Below the pieces are notes generated by a model, which worked only from the letters and a program-made list of their open reading frames with translations, had not been told where the DNA came from and did not search any database. From Bipalium vagum (taxonomy: Eukaryota): a DNA stretch of 40,675 nucleotides. Location of the stretch: assembly GCA_037834085.1 (NCBI GenBank), contig JBBMKC010032142.1, forward strand, positions 1-40,675, in the 5' to 3' direction. Shown here piece by piece: positions 34,330-40,675 of the stretch (the first letter of the stretch is position 1; each line of letters opens with the position of its first letter). Made by a program: the position numbers and the translations under genes.

Positions 34330-36334
34330 ACTAATTGCTATTCCATTGTGTAGATAAGACGTGATTTTTCATTTTTGCATTAAATGATCTGTGGAGACGA
34401 AGGTTTGATAAACAAAATGGCGCGCCGTCCTTGGCTGTCGTTCATTGCGGGTAACTTTGTAAACGACTTTGTCGGTCGGCCCGACTGACACAGTGCTCGA
34501 TTCGTAAACACCATAATAAAAAAAACATTGCGAACCGAAACAAAACCCGTCAAACGTGACGGTGGTAATATCATCTCGAGCTGGAGAGGCCAGTGGACCG
34601 AAAGGCTGTCTCGGCACTCTTCATGTTCTTCATCGACTCTGTCTGCTCTGTATTCGCTTATTGCAACATCGAATGTCTGGACTTACATTTGTCTTCGTGT
34701 CGAGTTTTATAATTTCTGTTTTATATGTCTTTTCTTAGTCTCTGTGGTTCAAGTTTTAACAAATATAATTTTTGATTTTTGTCCATAGACCAGTCGCGGT
34801 AAGATGTCACAGTGTTCAATAAAGAATGGAAATGACGGAAACCTTTCTCAGTCTCACTTCCAGTTCAGTCGGTCTTGATTTATCTATAGTTTTAATATGG
34901 TGGGAACATAACTAGTAAAAGGCTGACTAACGTGGGTTGATGGGTTCCTTTGAAACATTTCTTTACTAATCAAAAGGGTTAATCAAAAAGACCACTATTC
35001 CCTATCCCTTCCTTTCCTTAATATGTCTTCTTTGACTTATTCTTCCTTTTATTTCATAAACTCCGATCTATTGCTTAACACTTGTACCTATATTCAGCCA
35101 TAATAAATGGCCAGGGACGAGCACCGTTCGTCTATATGATTCAGTGTCTCAGAAATATTTGTTTTGGCCTCCTGATAGTTTTGTGTGTCATCGACCGAAT
35201 GCACACATGGTTAGTTTCAGCTGAAAATTAAATAACGCCAATAATTGGCACTGTCATCAATGTGTCAAGTAATTGTTTCCAATAAGACTATTTCGAGGGA
35301 GATTTTCGCTATTCTAACCAAGGGCCTCAGAACTATTCTTTGTTTAAATTAACTGAAAAACTTTGCTCATTCTTCTTTACATGGTTTCCATTCATTGACA
35401 ATCTCAATCAAATCTTCAATGACAAAAGCGTTTCCTTCGAAAACCTTTTCGGTTAGACCATCTGATGATAAAAGTTTCAAGTTGTGCTCCAGGAAATATT
35501 TGATTTGGTTAAAATATTCTGAAGTCACACACGATATAAAGAATAAAAATTTTTCGGGCATAATTATTCAAGATTTCTTCTCCCGATTTCATTAAAGCTT
35601 TAGTTTTTGGATTGTTTGAAGTAAACAGAATCTGACTTAATGACCAATTTTAAGGAAATGTTTAAGAGGTTGGCAGAAAGTGTGACGCAATTGCCAAAAA
35701 TACAAAGTAATGACAACAAAAACGAGAAATGTGAGGTGAAATCAATAGACGTTTTGAAGATATATCTGTTTATTTCTGTGACCCTCAAAGAGAAATTAAT
35801 GGAATAAAATAATTTTTCGGGGATAAGAGACAACTAGATAAATTTCCGTGATCGAAACAGTAAGACAAGGTTAACAATATCAAAAAATAATCAAGAACAA
35901 TTGGATATTGAGCTTTGGAAACTGAAGAATGATCAGTGAAGACCATATATAGGAAGAGGCATCTGATATGAACAGTATGAGAACTTTGAAAGGATACTAA
36001 TTTTATCCCTTGTATCACAACAATAAATGTCAACTAAAAGAAACAGATCACTTTCTCTCCCCTTTTCACTTTAAAAGACAATTGGAATAAGTTTGACGAA
36101 ATCGGCGTTTACAGAATGAGACCCACATACTTTGATGTTATCATAAAAGCTCAAGAAAACAAATCTATACAAAGTCTGATCGATAATATTACAAGGAGAA
36201 AGTATTAAGACGAGACAAAGGTTTTGTTTAATGTCAAAGTTTAAGGTAAAAATTGAAGGATAAAAAACGCTTCGTTATGGAACAGAACGAATTTGATCGA
36301 ATATAAATGCTCAAAAGAACAATGAGAAGAAATA

Positions 36335-37572
36335 TTGGGTTGGCAATTAAGTCCGTTCAGTTTTTTAAATGAAATGAAATAATTGCTTATTGTCGAAAAA
36401 AATTATTAATTTGAAGCAAAATTTTAATGGATAAGCAATGTTGTATTTCATAGGATAAATATTAATCAATTATTGTTTAAATAATATCATTATTTAACCA
36501 ACAATTCAAACTCTAAGATAAAAGGTAAAGTGGTGCATTTTAGACACATTTATTATTTTAAAAAAGGCAAACAAATTGCCGTTTATACGGGGATGATGCC
36601 TTAACAGAACGGTTATGTCAGAGATGGTTTGCAAAATTCCGTTCTGGAAATTTTAGCATGGATGATGCGTCTCGCTCTGGTCGCTCCACAGAGATTAAAT
36701 CAGATGATATCAACCCTATTGTTGATGATAATCCAACCCAGATGGTTCGGGAAATAGCCACGATACTCAAAATATCACATACATCTGTTGAGAAACATTT
36801 ACATAAAATTGATTACGTTTATCTACTTACTGTATTGGTAACACATAAACTCATAGAGGCCAATTCGTCAGCACGAAAATCAATCTGCGATTTGCTCCTA
36901 AAACGGCAAGAAAGACACCAATTTTTACGCAACTTGGTTACTGATGATGAAAAATGGATTTCTTACGACAATGTAGTGCGTAAGAGATCATAGGGACACA
37001 GTTCTGAGCCACCAAAAGCAACATCAAAAGCAGGATTTCAACCGAAAAGATAATGATCTCAGTTTGGTGGGATTATAAAGGTTTCATCTTCTCTGAACTT
37101 TACCTTCTGGCACAACAGTTGATTCAAATATTTACTGCTCTCATTTAACTAAATTGAACAAATAAATTTCCGAAAAGCGTTAGGGTTGGCAAATCGCTGT
37201 CTTCCAAGACGATAATGCCAGGCCTCATACCTCAATGATCACTCTGAAAGAATTAATGAGCCTTGGTGGGATGTTTTGCCACATTCACCATATTCCCCGA
37301 ACTTGGCTTCTACAGACTACCACTTATTTCGGTCGTTGCAGAATTCCTTAAACGAGAAAACTTTCACCAATGAGAAGTTCACCAAAAGGCATTTTGATTT
37401 GTTTTTTGAAAAAAAACCTCAGGAATTCTACGAAAGGTGAATAATGAAATTGGTAGAAAGATTTATGAAGGTTAATGATAAAGATGAACTACACATCATT
37501 GATTGAGATTTTATTAATCAATAAAAAAATTTCTGTTTTTCTATCTTCTAGAAAACCAAACGAAATTAATTA
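36335..37572 (+). mobile_element. Near full-length defective mariner (mellifera-like), pseudogenised transposase
   Basis: TA plus the 5' TIR TTGGGTTGGCAATTAAGTCCG. Motifs RWFAKFRSGNFSMDDASRSGR, VTDDEKWISYDN, MISVWWDYKG, DDNARPH, PYSPNLASTDYHLFRSLQN. Multiple stops and frameshifts; right TIR eroded. Confidence 0.95.
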
Positions 37573-39949
37573 AGTACTTATTCTTCATTGTATATATAAA
37601 TAACGAGTTTTATATTATTCAAAAAACCTAAAATAATACAATAAAGTTATTACAGGCTTACCTATCCCATCCTAATATTATAAATCAATAATTATAAAAA
37701 TACTGATCGAAAGCCTAAAATACTTTTACTTTAAAGCTTATAAATAGAAAAACTTCAATACTTGTCCCCCGACCTAACATAATACATATTTTAAATCCCG
37801 TTCAAAATAATAAATGTTTCGATTTAGTCATTAAAGGTTTTAAATAATCACATTTTATTATTAAATAATTATAATGAATAAAAATATTAAATTAATTAAA
37901 TTATAATAAATTAAAGTAATAAATTTTAAATAGAGTTTGATAAGTTCTTTGTTTATTTCGTTTTGTGAGAGAAAAGAAAAATAATAAAAAATCTATGTAC
38001 TTTAAATCTCTTGATGTTAGTGAAAGTGATCAGTTTTCTTGATGTAAATTAGTATTACCAGAACTAAGCTTATCAACACGTTTTTTTTTTAAATAAATTA
38101 AATAACATTGACCTAATGGTTTTCATAATAAACAAATAAATGAAAAGAAACAAATACATATTAAGTAAAACAAATTAATAAACTGAGATAATGAGCCATT
38201 GTGGAAATGATGAAAAAATATAACAGATTAGATAGAAGCTAAAAAGAAATCAGAATAACAATAATAATCATTATTAATTAATTAATTAATTAAATTTTGA
38301 TTAATTTACTTTAACGAGATATGACGAAATTAACTCATACAAACCAATCATTTTAACCCCAGTGAAGCTTGAAGTGGTGACCTCAGTGAACTTTCTCTGA
38401 TATCGTCTATGCCGTCCGACACTGGTATGAACATACCTCATTCAAATCAGCGTTACTACGACAACTAATAAAAAATAATTTTGGATTCGACAAGAACTTA
38501 TCGATTCAAGTAATTTATTTATTTTTTACTTGTTTCTTGTGTTTTGTCTCGTTCTTAGTTCTACCAAATTGGTTGAAACCTAGTTCTTATCAGAGGGTCT
38601 CTTCATTTGTTTTCGAAGTGAGAGATTATTCTTGTCTTTAAATAAGTATTCCTCAGTTTTTAATTTGCTATATTAAAAATATACTTTAGTCGCAGTAAAA
38701 CGTCTTTTTTGTAGTGATGATTTTTATTTTTGAATTGTATTTGAATCTTTCGGACTCAGACTATATTTAAATTAACAATTGATTAGGAAGGTTACAACTC
38801 AATCGACTAGTATTTATAGAATTAAGTAAATCAACAGCCAGTAACAAAGTATTTGTACCGTTTGCGTACTCGTTAAATTTGATCGTCTGATTGACCACTC
38901 TTTGAAAGCAAAGCACAACTTGAATCTCAAGAAAACCTCAACGTAGCTATATAAGGAAGCTATTTTTAGAAACAAAATATTGCCTTAATATAGATAAAAT
39001 TTTTTAACTGAATATTGTAAGTGAAATGTTTTTCCTTTATTTTTCCTATTAGTCTTTATATATATAATTAAATTTATAAATATTAAAAAATAAAATTTAA
39101 AAATAAAATATTGATTTTAAAAAAATAAATTTAAGATATAAAACGTTCCCAAATTTTTTTTCAGAATATTTTCAAAATAAAACAATTTAGAAATAATTAA
39201 TTTAAATATAAATATATTTTTTATATTAATTTAAATAACAAAAATTAATTTAAAATATCAATTAAAGCAAAAAATAACACAAGTCTCAAACTTTAATTGG
39301 TTTAAATTCCTGATTAGTAAATATATTTTTATATTAGATAATATTAATAAATAATTTCCATTTAAACTTTTAAAAGTTTTTTTTATTTTTTTAATAAAAT
39401 TTTCTCTGTTATCATTTTTGGCTTAACCACGAAAATACGTGACGAAAGTTATTATCAAGCTGTGCAGTCTTGTGGTTTTAAAACTATTCAGCGTTTCACA
39501 ACGTCCGCTAAGGTTTCATGTGCCATGTAATGTGATCTATTATTTCAATACTAAGCTTTTAAATTCGATATTAATTCACGTGACAAAGTCTGTCAGTCCA
39601 ATACATCTCTTGTTTCAATATTACGGTATTTATCAACAATCGATACAACAATCATGTTTTTCCTGATATTTATAATAATTTTATGATAATATTTCCAGTT
39701 CCACTCGACGTTCTCAAGTTTTCCATGCAGAATTTTAGGAAATGTCAATGATCAAATAACAGAAAACGTTTTTCGTGAGTTTCAATTGATTGGTTCTATT
39801 GATTTAATCACATATAATGAGTAGTTTCATGGCAAACCTTAACTTCAATAAATCCGACATTTTGTATTGAATACAACCAAATAATAAATCGAGAGTTTCG
39901 TTGAAAAACTCCGAAGATTACATTATTATGGCCCTTGGTACACTTAAAA

Positions 39950-40330
39950 CTGGCAAGTTAACTGACTTTTAAATTTGTTATCGGGGTATTGGTGTTTAAT
40001 ATTATAGATTTCTTATCGAACGGGACTTGCACTGATGTCTACAGTGATTTTTATTATGGAATTAGAGCTTACAAACAATATCGATCGTCAAGAAACATGG
40101 TTTTCACTGCTGTGATGAAAGAAATCATTGCATTTCAAGACTTAATAAATAAAATCTTACCGAATAACAGGAACTTTATTATTTTGAGATCAATTCAGAA
40201 CACTGCTTTTTCAAAATAGAAAAAATTTGGCCAATCTCTCTGGTCTGTACATAACAAGCAGATCAAACTCGCCACCAGAGTTTATTCAGAGGAACGTTTG
40301 TCAAAATATCACCGATTTCAAATCGGAAAC
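39950..40330 (+). mobile_element. Very degraded mariner-like remnant
   Basis: LRSIQN..KKF and PPEFY remains resemble the mariner C-terminus. Confidence 0.35.
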
Positions 40331-40557
40331 GTGTGCAAAAGTCGCGTGAGAAACTGATCAAACTTTTAAAACAAAACTTTTCACAAATTAAAGTTCATTT
40401 TCTGTAAAACTAAAAGGTTTCCATTTAGTCCATGAAAGCTTTCTATTGGTTAAAAATTAATTTAATATTTTTATCAGTGTTATATTTGTTGGGGTTTACC
40501 AAGACACCCCCCGGGGAAAAATAAATGATAAAGATTATAAATAATGTAAAAATACTA

Positions 40558-40590
<33 letters not shown>

Positions 40591-40675
40591 ATTAAAATTA
40601 ATTACTACTTGAAAGCCATTGAAAAATTCCCAGCGATTTTTTTTTAGACTACTTAAAAAAATAAGATAATCCTCG

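Noticed and set aside
34530-34580. LEMILPPSRLTGF resembling a SufE-like motif
   Set aside because: Too short and unsupported by flanking residues; likely chance.
35300-36300. Purine-rich, coding-like stretch (possible retroelement gag remnant); similar hints at 24100-24900, 30600-30960 and 32900-33150
   Set aside because: No diagnostic motif survives well enough to assign a class without a database search.
36658-36993. Functional or domesticated (SETMAR-like) transposase
   Set aside because: Flanked by stops and frameshifts, has no SET domain, and the WVPH motif is degenerate.
1-40675. Prokaryotic systems (CRISPR array, operons, defence islands)
   Set aside because: The sequence is eukaryotic with spliceosomal introns, and there is no regularly spaced repeat-spacer array.

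Overview
AT-rich eukaryotic (invertebrate metazoan-like) genomic DNA, not prokaryotic. The window is dominated by one spliced + strand gene encoding a PDE9-family cyclic-nucleotide phosphodiesterase. I assembled it by hand as 7 exons from about 7576 to 34329; all junctions are GT-AG and phase-compatible. Introns are 62, 17671, 51, 5964, 53 and 1696 nt, and the 5' end runs into an assembly gap. Its 17.7-kb intron appears to hold an antisense, multi-exon gene of unknown family (about 16719-23770). That gene has candidate micro-exons of 3-19 nt and a C-terminal class I PDZ-binding motif; its exact exon chain is not uniquely resolvable from sequence alone. The rest is a dozen or so decayed mariner (Tc1/mariner) remnants of several types, an LTR with PBS and Ty3/gypsy remains, a decayed LINE RT, very AT-rich degenerate repeat blocks, a strong X-box (RFX) motif and two N gaps. 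No rRNA, tRNA or CRISPR seen.
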